Below, piece after piece: positions 28,340-40,486 of a DNA stretch of 64,000 bases. The notes under the pieces are model-generated. The model saw only the letters and a program-made list of their open reading frames with translations, was not told the origin of the DNA and made no database searches. Numbering within the stretch: the stretch's first letter is position 1; every line of letters begins with the position of its first letter. Both the position numbers and the translations under genes were made by a program. Source of the DNA: Spongospora subterranea f. sp. subterranea (taxonomy: Eukaryota); NCBI GenBank assembly GCA_049724395.1, contig JAUGWO010000112.1, forward strand, positions 310,001 to 374,000, in the 5' to 3' direction.

Positions 28340-29182
28340 GGACAACGGTAACTACTCCAATCTCTCCAATCGCAGAAAGCGCGTTCGCAACGAGTGGCCG
28401 TGGTGCCATACGAGAAAGTGGGAACAGGGTGACGCTCCTTCTGAAATTGATTAAGTGCAATGCAGATTTTGTCGTCTCTGGTATTCTCGTAATACCAATT
28501 CTTCAGGTTGGAAAGCTCATTTCAAAACCAAGCCTGAGTTGACTGGACCGACCACGTCCCCAATTACTGAAGGCAAGCAAACTCAGGTGTTTCGGCAGGC
28601 TCAACTGGCGTTCTCTGTTTCAGAACGATTAGCAAGAACCTACGAAGATGCTGTTGTCGATTATGCAGTCAGCCGCGAAATCTCATTACGCGCTGCTGGA
28701 GAACCTAATTTTTCAGCGATTGGTTCACCGTTTTTATCGAACGAGTATACTGTTCCATCAACTCGAACTTTAGTGAGACGCATGATGGAGCTATTCACGA
28801 TTCTGCAACCGCAGCTTTTTCCTTAATTTGCGAGCTTCCTGTCAAATAGCTCCACAATGCGTCTCACCAAAGTTCGAGTTGATGGAACAGCATCCCCGTT
28901 CGTTAAACGGTGAACCAATCGCTGAAAAAATAGGTCCTCCAGCAGCGCGTAATACTATTTTGCCGCTGATTACATAATCGACAACAGCATCTTCGTAGGT
29001 TTCTTGCTTATCGTTCTGAATAGAGAACGCCAGTTGAGCCTGCCGAAAAACTTGAGTTTTTGCCTTCAGTAATTGGGGACGTGGTCGGTCCAGTCAACCC
29101 ATGCTTGGTTTTAAGATGAGCTTTCCAACCTGAAGGATTGGTATTACGAGAATACCAGAGACGACAAAATCTGCATTGCACT
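28340..29182. mobile_element. Two inverted copies of a hAT-type transposase N-terminal fragment (BED zinc finger)
   Basis: VQCRFCRLWYSRNTNSSGWKAH(F/L)KTK and EYTVPSTRTLVRRMMELF on + (28455-28826); the same sequence on - (28845-29182). Confidence 0.75.
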
Positions 29183-30022
29183 GAGTTTCCTGATTCCGTG
29201 TTACAGCCACTGTAGCACGGTATGATGACTGTGAGAGTGGCCCTTGTCATGCCGTCATGCATTGTGACCATGCATTGTTACTGCCATCAACTGTTTCGAT
29301 GCGTAAAATAAACGACACTTCTACATTGATTCAAGTTTTCCCTCGTCTTCTCCTTCTTCTCCTCTTCTCATTCCGGCCGTGGCATTACTTGATCACTATC
29401 CCTCGTAAGGGCTTCCTGGATCCACTTCCTGTCCGGTAATCACCGTTCTTCGATTTATTCTGTTATGGAGCTAACCGGAACCGCTGTTGCGCTTCCGCCC
29501 GCCCAACTTACCTCCTGAGGTCATCGTTCTTCTCAGCAATTACGAAACGTACATCGACGATCTCTCCGATTTCAACGTCGGAAGTGATACTGCTGTTCCC
29601 CCCGACCAATTCTTGAGTTGATTGAATGTTATTGGCTACCATTGCTCGGTTTGAATTCGGGATGTCGCCGGCATCTCTGACGCCAATGCGACCGATGAAA
29701 GACTTTTGCGACTTCTTTCTGGACGAAACGAGATCGCCTCTTCCTTTGATCCTGATGCGTTTTTCGTGAATACGTCCTACATTCTCATAGTACTGAAGAA
29801 TTTTGTTCGTAGCCAAGCTCTGCTTTTATTAGGGATATGGGGACTCAGATATGAGCACAGTGCATTGACCAAACCCTAGCTACTGTGTGCACCTGATTTG
29901 ACAGTGATGAGCATTGCATCGATTCGGCCATTCACTGCCGGGCGGTCCGCAATCCGTTCTAAAGTAAACACGTTTCCTCATTCTGATTTGACGGAGCGAA
30001 TCAATGTATTCCGCGAACGCTA

Positions 30023-30318
30023 GCGTTGGACACGGCGCGGACGGCGGACATTCAGGCAACGAGTGAAAGGGCGCGCAAGAAGCCCCAGGCCATCACTACG
30101 CCGTGATCCGGCAATTTCGTCAGTGAGCATGCAGCAAACATAGAGCAAACATGTTTCCTGGGGCAGGTGCACCAGGTGGTTCGCCCCGGCGATAAACGCC
30201 GCATTACAGGCTGCATTGCAGCCGTTGATTCACTCGTGAGTATGCGGAGTACCCCGGCCAGCTTCTTGCGCGCCCTTCGATCGTCACTCGCTGCCTGAAT
30301 GGCGGCCGTGTCCAACGC
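30023..30318. repeat. GC-rich ~300-bp segment bounded by a perfect 14-bp inverted repeat (possible MITE)
   Basis: GCGTTGGACACGGC at 30023-30036 and GCCGTGTCCAACGC at 30305-30318. Confidence 0.5.
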
Positions 30319-30347
30319 CGTGCCTGCTAGAACAGCGGCAGCCTGCA

Positions 30348-31082
30348 GTGAATGGATTATTGAACAGTGTGAATGAAGTCAAATGGGAGTACAGAATGGT
30401 AGTGAGTGGATTATTAAACAGTGTGAATGAAGGCAAATGGGAGTACAGAATGGTAGTGAGTGGATTATTGAACAGTGTGAATGAAGTCAAATGGGAGTAC
30501 AGAATGGTAGTGAGTGGATTATTAAACAGTGTGAATGAAGTCAAATGGGAGTACAGAATGGTAGTGAGTGGATTATTGAACAGTGTGAATGAAGTCAAAT
30601 GGGAGTACAGAATGGTAGTGAGTGGATTATTAAACAGTGTGAATGAAGTCAAATGGGAGTACAGAATGGTAGTGAGTGGATTATTAAACAGTGTGAATGA
30701 AGTCAAATGGGAGTACAGAATGGTAGTGAGTGGATTATTGAACAGTGTGAATGAAGTCAAATGGGAGTACAGAATGGTAGTGAGTGGATTATTGAACAGT
30801 GTGAATGAAGTCAAATGGGAGTACAGAATGGTAGTGAGTGGATTATTGAACAGTGTGAATGAAGTCAAATGGGAGTACAGAATGGTAGTGAGTGGATTAT
30901 TGAACAGTGTGAATGAAGTCAAATGGGAGTACAAGAATGGTAGTGAGTGGATTATTGAACAGTGTGAATGAAGTCAAATGGGAGTACAGAATGGTAGTGA
31001 GTGGATTATTGAACAGTGATTATTGAAGTGTGAAGTCAAATGGGAGTACAGAATGGTAGTGAGTGGATTATTGAACAGTGTG
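30348..31082. repeat. 54-bp tandem repeat, ~13.5 copies
   Basis: Unit GTGAGTGGATTATTGAACAGTGTGAATGAAGTCAAATGGGAGTACAGAATGGTA, near-identical copies. Confidence 0.98.
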
Positions 31083-31220
31083 CGCATTCCGCAAAGCAAT
31101 ACACTTCCTTCATCTAACCTGATTACGGCATACGCCCTACGGCGCAATACAACTCAATACAACATCTCCCAATGCCGCCTCCGTCTTATGCTGCACCTCC
31201 CAAGTCATCTCACAATGTCA

Positions 31221-31255
<35 letters not shown>

Positions 31256-31258
31256 ACT

Positions 31259-31728
31259 AATGACGATCACATACCCCAGCAAATATTTCATAAATCGAAT
31301 GCTGTCGCCCTCGGGACGGATGTGACAGGCGTTCCATCTTGGCGAGGACTGTGCACTGCGAAAGCGTCCCAGCAGCCTCTATGGCTTGCTCTATCGTCAT
31401 GTTCTGGATACCAAATATAAGCATTGTTGACTCGATTTCCTTGCCGGCAACACCGTCATGCTTTGTCTGGGACTCAATTGGTTTCAAGGTCAATCCCGGA
31501 ATCACCCAGATTTTTCACGCATGACGGTGCTGCCGGCAAGGAACTCTAATCGATAAAGCTTATATTGGATCATCAGAACATGACGATGAAGCAAGCGACA
31601 GAGGCTGCACTATCTGGGACGCCTTCGCAGTGCACAGTCCTCGCGAAGATTGAAAACCTATGTCACATTCGTCCAAAGGCGAAAGCATTCGATTTTTGAA
31701 ATCATTGCTAGGGGATGTGATCGTCATT
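31259..31728. repeat. Diverged inverted repeat (~200-bp arms, 57-bp loop), possibly of a decayed retrotransposon gag fragment
   Basis: 31259-31461 is the reverse complement of 31519-31728 (e.g. TTGCCGGCAACACCGTCATGC / GCATGACGGTGCTGCCGGCAA); the gag assignment is weak. Confidence 0.85.
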
Positions 31729-31737
31729 CCGCACGGT

Positions 31738-32158
31738 ATTGGGAGATGTTGCACCAAAGGAAGTGGCGGAATGGGCAGGTGTAGAGGACTGAACCTGATG
31801 CTGATACGCCCTACGGCGCAATAGAATGAAGTCAAATGTGGTGCTGCATTGGGAGACGTTGCACCAAAGGAAGTGGCGGAATGCGCAGGTGTACAGGACT
31901 GAATTTGATACTGATACGCCCTACGGCGCAATAGAATGAAGTCAAATGTGGTGCTGCATTGGGAGACGTTGCACCAAAGGAAGTGGCGGAATGCGCAGGT
32001 GTACAGGACTGAACCTGATACTGATACGCCCTACGGCGCAATAGAATGAAGTCAAATGTGGTGCTGCATTGGGAGACGTTGCACCAAAGGAAGTGGCGGA
32101 ATGCGCAGGTGTACAGGACTGAACCCCTTTACGGCGCAATAGAACGAAGTCAAATGGG
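31738..32158. repeat. 110-bp tandem repeat, ~3.8 copies
   Basis: GGGAGA(C/T)GTTGCACCAAAGGAAGTGGCGGAATG recurs at 31741, 31851, 31961, 32071. Confidence 0.95.
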
Positions 32159-33280
32159 ACTCGCGGGCCCATTGCTCGTCCTTTCAAAATGATCGGGCGT
32201 TTTTGCACGCGCTTTATTGCGGCAAACTCCATCCGTTCTTTTTTTTACCGAGATAGTGCTTCCTTTAAATGTAATCTCTGTCCATTTACCATTACCTTCT
32301 TGACAAGCAAGTCTCATTATATATACTTTTTGAACAACCTTAAACTAACCGTTCGTTGTCTGGGGCTCAAATGGGTTCAAGGCACTTTCAACCCCGGAAT
32401 CACCCAGATTTTTCCAGCGATTTTCACTACAAGTTGGGTGGACGCTTCCATTGCCGTCGTGAGCAATGTTTTGGTAATTGCTTTGGACTGTGAATGATCA
32501 CACCAATTTTCCTGTTGGTAATGTGGTGACGTCGTTGCACGTGGGTTCCGAACAGCGAATTAGCTACTGCTCACAATGCTGTACTCGCGCTTACAGCAGC
32601 AATAAAGTAAACAGCGACGGATTCAGTTCGTCGTATCAATCGCATTGATCGACGATTCGGTAAGAAATGTTAAAGGAATGGTCACACGGCACAGGGAACA
32701 CGATTGTTTGCCTGCCTTTCCGTACAATATGCTCCAGCAATACAGCATTTTGATCGAAAACTTTCACAAGTTTGCTGATGGCGATGCCACAGCTTGTCAG
32801 ACCCTGAATACGCGAGAATTGAATCAATCGACATTCAACAACGTTTGGGAACGTGCTTAGCGGCCAGCCTATATGCAGGTTTTGTATCAAAGGACTTTCA
32901 TAACCACAATAAATATTTCTCCAGATCACTGACCCCAAAACTGATTCGTTAATTTTTTTTATACTGGGTTTGGTCATGCAGGCTCGCTTGAATAATAGGC
33001 GCTGGATTCAAGCGCCATGAGTCGCATGGACATGATACACTCCAGAAATATATAAGGCGAAACCCTCACCATTTCAAAAAACAGAACCTATTCTGGCGCT
33101 GTTTAACAGCTCCAGACCTGCTAACAAACTCACAAACTCAGGATGTTGATTAATTAAAAGTACAACTGTCCATTGTATCCCTGCATCATCCTCATTCTTC
33201 AACTCGATATTGGTTAAGGCGAAGAGGTCCGCCGTTATCAGATCAGCTGTGCGGTTTGAATCTCCGTAGTGGTGAAGACA

Positions 33281-33691
33281 ATGTCGGTTCTATCTGTATA
33301 TCGATCATTGCTTAGAGCGTGCCAGACAGCGTTCAAGAATGATCAACCCATGCTAGAACTGGCCTCGTCCTATGTACAGCAACAGTTTCGAACTGGGTCG
33401 CCCGATCGGTTGCAAGACGCTGAAGATGCTCGATTGTATTTATTGGAAAATGTTATCCAGGTACGTCAATCTATCCCCTTTCTCCACTAGATTCTAGTTT
33501 ATCCATTATCTGTAAATGTAGGGAACATTTCAACCGAACGGAAACTTTCGTAAGTGCATAAAAACTTGGTTTGGTTTTCGTTGCCTCAGACTGTTCAACG
33601 ATTTCATTCAGTGAACTTGGCTCTTTGTGAATAATATTTGTGCACTGCAGAGCTCAATTTGAGACCCGAGCATTCATCTACTTCTTCGTAA
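33281..33691 (+). CDS. LYR-motif protein, LYRM7/MZM1-like complex III assembly factor (3 exons)
   Basis: MSVLSVYRSLLRACQTAFKNDQPML...AEDARLYLLENVIQ|GTFQPNGNF|ELNLRPEH. Confidence 0.75.
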
Positions 33692-34086
33692 TCATACTCA
33701 CTGCTTCAACCTGATATAAAATATACATAATGTTGGAATCTTATTAACAAACCACAATAAACCATGACAAGGTCCGTTAATCATGATGGAGTGAGCAATG
33801 GACTAGTATTTATTGAAGGAAATAACCTGAGTTGGTTCTGAGGTGGCGGATCGACAATCATGATGGAGTGAGCAATGGACCAGTATTTATTTCAGAAGAT
33901 AACCGGAGGTGCTTCTGGGGCAGAATAATTGTTGACGGGGCAATCCGAGTAAAGTGCGTCAGACGCGCAACAATAGGCGCATTCTGCTCTGCGGTTGTCC
34001 ACGCTGTCTTCTTCACTACACGCAACCATTTACCATAATAACATTACCGCCATTTGGACAACACATTCATCATGTCGTCCACCGAT

Positions 34087-37000
34087 ATGGCATCATTTCA
34101 AATCGGTAGTGTTTTCGTTTTATATATAGATGCATGAGCTCGCTGAACATGTTTTTTTTTTCAGATCCTGAGGACAGAAGGGATTTTTTTACGATTTTGT
34201 CCAGATTTTCATCAGGTCCGAGTAGTCCTGTCCGGTTATTTCGGCATCCTGTATTACTCTTTATCCGACGCACGCTACAGGGTTTTTGTTAATCTGATTA
34301 TTTAGGACAATGTATTCGCTGTGTATGGGCCTGACGCCGAGATGGTCGCTGTTGAGTTTTATCAAAACAGCTCATTTGCACGTACTGTGAATATCCCTGC
34401 TGACGACGAAGATGGTAGAGATGACTCTCTTCAATATATCAACATCGGCCCCCAGCGAGTCGAGAAATTCCTTGGAATGGTCACCTGCGACAAAAAACGG
34501 GCTGTTGTCCTCTATGCTCAGTCTGGAAAAGAATGGGCCGCTCGTAAAGAGGCACGTCTCGCTTTCGCTTCATGCAATCTATCTCTCATTTCCAATTCAG
34601 CTTGGTTCTGGAGATCATGGATCGATTGACGAATTTCTTTTCCTAGACGCTGAAGAAACTAGTGAACAGTCGTCCTTAGTCTTCGCTTTAAGTTTTCAAG
34701 CTATCAATCAAGGACTAGTATGCATCGTTATGAGTTCAAGAAAGATTGTTCAAGTTTTTTGTTTAGGTTGTTGGGGTTGCTGCATTCGATCCACAGTCAT
34801 GCAGGAATTTGCCGTTTGCCAGTTTGCTGATGATCATCGCTATTCTTGCCTCGAGTCTATTATTGTTGAGCATTCGCCCAAAGAATGTATCGTCGACAAT
34901 TCCAAACCTGCCGAGGATCAAAACCTCGTCAAGGTAATGGTTCATTTCGATGGACCTTGTACCCTGCTTAAATTTACGGGTTTTAGCTGTTTGAATCGCG
35001 ATCGATTCCGTTCAGTTTGGTAAACAAGAACCTTTTTAGTACGGCGTCGCTAGAGCATGATCTCAAGCGCCTGTTATCAGGCAATATTCAGCAATATTTA
35101 GGTTGCCTTTGTTTTTACTCCTTTCCTGCTATTCTGACCCTCTGCTTTTCAGTGGATTTGGAAAAAACCGTAGCGATGAAGGCTTTGGCAGGCCTTTTAC
35201 ATAATGTGGGTGCCTCTGCCAACGATGCCCTCAACGGCCGATGCTCTTTGGTTCCTCTTGAACTTCATGAGTTCATGAAGCCATTAGATTCCAACGCCTC
35301 GCGTGCTCTGAATCTATTTCCGTCAATATCAGATCCCAATACGGATTCGTCGCTGTTTGGCGTTTTGTTAGTAATTGCATCGTCGCTCTTGGATACCAAG
35401 TTCATATGGTTTTGGCAGAAATAAGTGCAAAACTGCATCTGGAACCCGCCTTCTCCATCAGTGGATTAGGCAACCGCTAATGTCAATATCCGCTATCAAC
35501 GATCGCCTTGACCTTGTCGAGGCATTTTCTAAGGACAGTCACTTAAATTCTACCTTCCGGTAAACCTGTCTATCCCAATTCATATTCATGATTGACTCTT
35601 TGACCTCTCCTAGCGATTCGTTCCTGAAGAAGGTCCCGGATTTGACTAAATTATCGATGAAGTTTCAAACAGGCCGGGCAACGCTCGCTGATTGTAACTC
35701 CAATTAGTTATTGTTCAATGCCGTTTCTCAATCTCGATTCTTAGGTGTTCAACTGTATCAGTTCACAGTTCATTTACCTTTAGGATTATCCGTCCTCGGC
35801 GACATTTTTGACCTCCACCAGGACGATATTACACCGCTTTTTTCTACAAAAATCATTGTTCCTCTTCAGCAGATCAACGGGGATTTTAATCAGTTCAACC
35901 AGCTTATCGAAAAAACGTACCAAAACAATAGTTTCTGAAGTCAATTGGTTGAAGCACTTGTAGGGTCGATTTCGAAGCAATTGATCGCCATGAATTCATA
36001 GTCCGGGCCGATTTTGCCGCTGAGCTGATGTCAATGAAGAAGAACAAGGATGTAATACTCTCCCAAATTGACGAACTCGCTAATAAGGTTCAGTGCATGT
36101 CGTTGAATTCTGTAGCCTAATTGTGTGAATGACAACAACTTATTCAGATGGACGAGGAGTTGTCAATGTCAGGCAAATTAAAACTTAATTACAAAGACGG
36201 TAAGGACATGGTAACTCCTCGATCTCTTTGTTTGTTTAATCGTTTTAGGACTTGGATATCACCTGAGAGTCACCAGGAAAGAAGAAAAAGCGCTTCGAGG
36301 TCATCGTAAAGTCATTTGTTTGGAAACTCGCAAGGACGGTGTACGGTTTACGACGACCGAGTTGAAAGCGTTAAATGCATCGTACTGTGGTCCAATTTAA
36401 CATGTTTTCTCTTTGTCTGATGAGGTTTAGGTACAACGAAATTTCCTCACATTATAACAAGTTTCAAAACACTGTTGTCGAGAAATGTCTATCTGTCGTC
36501 GGTAAATTGAGTACAACATGTTGGCGATAGTCCATTTAACTAATTTCGAGCATTAGCTAGCTATTGCCCTTTAATCGATCATTGTGGTCGTATTCTCTCA
36601 AAAGTCGACGTTCTTTCCTCGTTCGCGTTTGTTGCGAACCATTCCAATGGATATGTAAGTCATGCAGGCCTTCCTTTATCCTATATGTAACTATGTTGGA
36701 CAGGTTCGTCCGGTTTTACTTGCGCCGGGTTCTCGTACTCTTCGGCTAAAGGCGTCGCGTCATCCCTGCCTTGAACTTCAGCCACATGTCGAGTCATACG
36801 TCAGCAATGACGTTGAAATGGATGCCGATCGCAGATTCCAGATTATAACTGGACCCAACATGGTAGCCATCCTCTTGTTCCATGGTCAGATCTTTCATAC
36901 TTGTTTTAGGGAGGAAAATCGACATATCTGAGGCAGATTGCCTTGATTGTAATCATGGCTCAAATCGGGTCATTTGTTCCTTGCGATTCTGCCACAGTTA

Positions 37001-37736
37001 CTGTTTGTGATAGAATCCTGTCTCGTATTGGTGCGGGAGATTCGCAATTGCGAGGTAAATCGTTCGCCCCGGTTCATTGTAAACGGACCTTCGATTTAGC
37101 TGATACGAAGGTATTTCTACCTTCTATGCGGAGATGCTTGAAGCGAGTTCAATGTTGAGATTGGCTTCTAAAAATAGTCTAATAATCATTGACGAGCTAG
37201 GCAGAGGGTGAGTGGTCCTCTATATTTAAGCTGAACAAATTGCTCATCGTTCGAATGACAGGACGAGCACAAGCGAAGGGTTCGGACTTGCCTGGGCAAT
37301 ATCTGATTACATTTGCCACCGTCTACAGTGCTTATCACTATTCGCCACACATTTCCATGAACTGACGGAATTATCGTTCTCGTGTTCGGCTGTCGTCAAT
37401 CGCCATGTCACAGCCCATACGTCCGACAATCATATCACTATGCTCTATGAGGTCGTTGACGGTGCCTGTGATCGGTCTTTTGGGATTCATGTGGCAGAGA
37501 TTGCCCAGTTCCCCCCAGAGGTTAGTCAGCTTATTACAATATTCCGTTCTTTCCAACATTCTGCAAAGGTTATTCAGATGGCGAGAGAGAAAATCATCGA
37601 ATTGGAGAGCGTGAATAGCGCCAATGAACGTGAAAATGACAGACTTTTTTTCGCGGAATTGAAGAAACTGCCCATTGATTCCATGAGTGATGATGATCTT
37701 CTTCGAGCGTGCTCATCAATGTTGGACGTCGCATAA
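34087..37736 (+). CDS. MSH2: DNA mismatch repair protein MSH2, many short introns
   Basis: [105 protein letters not shown]. Confidence 0.95.
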
Positions 37737-38440
37737 AAGTCGTCATAATTATTCTAGTACACCTCTTCCTTACTGTCTTATCGTATTGCTAGTTTATGTT
37801 TAGGTCTTCAAATGCATCAGTATTCCGAGTGTGCTTCCATCACCCGATTGACGCGGTCCTTTGATGGATAAAACCTGTTATCTTTTGTCATCAACTGATT
37901 TTTCGGTGATCGCTGGATGGTGTTGCGGTTCCAACTTTTCAGTGTTATCATCCGTTCAAGTTGACTCGCACTTCGTTCAAACCAACCTGTGATCCAAACT
38001 GTAATTTGCCATTATATTCGCACAACATTGGTGTGTTGATTATTTCAATGGCCGATGCCGCTGAACTTGCACTTGACATCTCCGATCGCTTCGATGTTTT
38101 TCAATTCAACATTTTTTTTGAGTAACGATTACATATGGAACGACCTGCTTTGGCTAAATCGTGTCCAACTCTCATACATAGCTCAAAAAAGGCATTCGTG
38201 GCCCAATCATAAACCCATCCAATAATAAACTGTTGCAGTATTTTCATGATGTTATCACGTCAATGCGATAGTTGACATCGCAATATTGCAGTGAATTTTA
38301 TTGTCGTTATATCGACACTGTTCACATGATTCTTCGAAGAAATATTAAGCGTCACCCCTCAATCAGTTTGAGAAATCCGGTCTCGTGCCCATAATCTGCC
38401 AATAAAACAGTACAGACCCTCAGTCAAAAAGTGTCTGATA

Positions 38441-40477
38441 ATGGATCAATTTTTAAAGCATGTCAACGACGACACAGGTCCGACGGGGAAAGGTCAAGCG
38501 CCAGATAGACCATTACACGAACATCAGGTGGCTAATCGACCGATGTCCCCATATCAATTAGACAAGGGCCCTGGATCGCCTAATGTCGATTTCACCTTCC
38601 ATCGCCATGATTTTCGAGGTTATGAATCGTTCCCAATGCCATTTGGTGATGCGGCTCGAGATCATCACAATGAGCACTCGTTCCCCTTTCAGCTGAAATC
38701 GTTGTCCAGGAAATGGTACCGTATCATCCCGGAAGACGCGATTCTCAACTTTGAATACGTCGACGACGTGATCAGCCGGCAATATGACGTCCTGGATTCA
38801 GCCATACGTCAATACTCCAATGCCGATTATGATCACGCCCGTTTACAGGAGCTGTACAACCAGGCGCGATCCGAAATCGGGAAAGTGATATCGGACGCTG
38901 CCAGTACAACCAGCTTATCGTTGATCCACAATAACGCAACTCAAGCGGCCAACAGAGAAGCGTTCAAGGAATACGCCGATCTGCATTTGAAGGCGCTCGG
39001 GTTCCTGATTGAACGGGCCAATGATTTTCTACTCAGGTTCAACAAACAGCTTCCCAATATTGTCAAGAGCGTGAACCACAGGATTGTATGGCCGGTAGAG
39101 CATATGTCTCGAATTCACGACTTCGTTGAGCTGACGAAAGCGCCAGAATGGCAACGTGCGCCATCTGCTGGCAACAAGCACGTTATCATTCCGAGTCTGA
39201 CGGTTCTATTGGATTACGAGAAACTGCAGCATATGGCGGCGATCACATTGATGTCAATCGGATTCATTGTATTGGCGAACGCGGTTCAACTATCAGTGCA
39301 CTTCGGCAAACGGTCGATTGGCTTTGACCAATTCGGTCTGACCGCTCTGTTATTAACGGTGAATATATCCTGATCATGACGATGGGTATATGATTATATG
39401 AAATAGAGTCGATGGCCAGTTCGCCTTCTGTTCGCGATGTCGTTGAGGCGCCAGTCTTCCAAGACTCAGTTCGAATTAACGACGACGAGGAGCGGCGTAT
39501 TGGCACTACGCGTGTTGATATTGTCGGGATTACAAGCGGCTGGAGCCATGATCATGGCGTTCTCCATGCATAATATATCCCTGATATCGTACCAGATTCT
39601 CTATACTAGCGTTGTCCTCCTGATTTCTGGGTTCATTCGCCGCCAGTTTAACCGTCTCCAGATCGCCATTGTAAGGCAAATCACATTGTTGTTTATTGCA
39701 TGATCGTGCCGACCGAGAATCTACAGATGGTGTTGGCGGCCTGTGTCGCCCATCTTCATCATCATCAACACGTCTGTGCAACCATCCAATATCGTCCTTA
39801 CTCTCGTGGCCATTGCTTCGGTCCTTCTAGTTGAGATTCACGAGATCGCCCACAACAGGTCAGTAAACTGATCTCTGATCCCGTCAAGGTCGTAACTCCT
39901 CCACTGTATTCTGTGTTATATTGATCAGGTTATTGTTGCCCGTTGCCATGAAGGATGCATCATCATTATCATCATCATCATCACCCTCTCCGTCTGATGC
40001 CATATCCGAATGTCTCGCTTTCGCCATGATCATGATCATTCTACTAGCTACAAGCGAATGGAGAGGTCTATCGTATGCCGCCTCAACAATATCTCCATCA
40101 GTATGGCCATCATTCTTGGCCCTATGCATGTTCATTGCCGTTCAACCAATCGCTTGTGACTTTATTGGTACCTGGCTGGAGTTTCTGAGTTGTTCCATTG
40201 ATGGTTGACTCAGATCAATAGTTGGGCAATTAGACCGAAGCAGCAGGGTGCCCAAGCTCAGCGCGCTGTTAACGATGACCAGCTTCGTCCTTCCCTGGTG
40301 ATGATCATCGCTATCGAGCTGATGAATGAGGATTACTCCATCATATCCCTGGCAGCTGCACTGATTACCATGATCGCTATGATCATGGACTATATTCATC
40401 AATTGGGGAAAACACACCCAGAACCAGACCAGGGACACGACAATACTACTAATACAATTGATGTGTCGACTTTCTGA
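38441..40477 (+). CDS. Membrane transporter-like protein (DMT/nucleotide-sugar-transporter-like C-half) with a helical soluble N-terminal domain
   Basis: 310-aa first ORF then several TM-rich exons (ISLISYQILYTSVVLLISGFIRRQFNRLQ). Confidence 0.55.
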
Positions 40478-40486
40478 TATCATTGT

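Noticed and set aside
29240..29830. Possible retrotransposon gag remnant
   Set aside because: Only vague similarity; no CCHC knuckle, protease or RT motif could be read
30284..30971. 216-aa and 207-aa repetitive ORFs on opposite strands
   Set aside because: By-products of a 54-bp unit (a multiple of 3) lacking stops; a 1-bp insertion near 30933 breaks the frame; no gene context
33779..33892. ~36-bp direct repeat upstream of MSH2
   Set aside because: Two copies only, with no evidence of function
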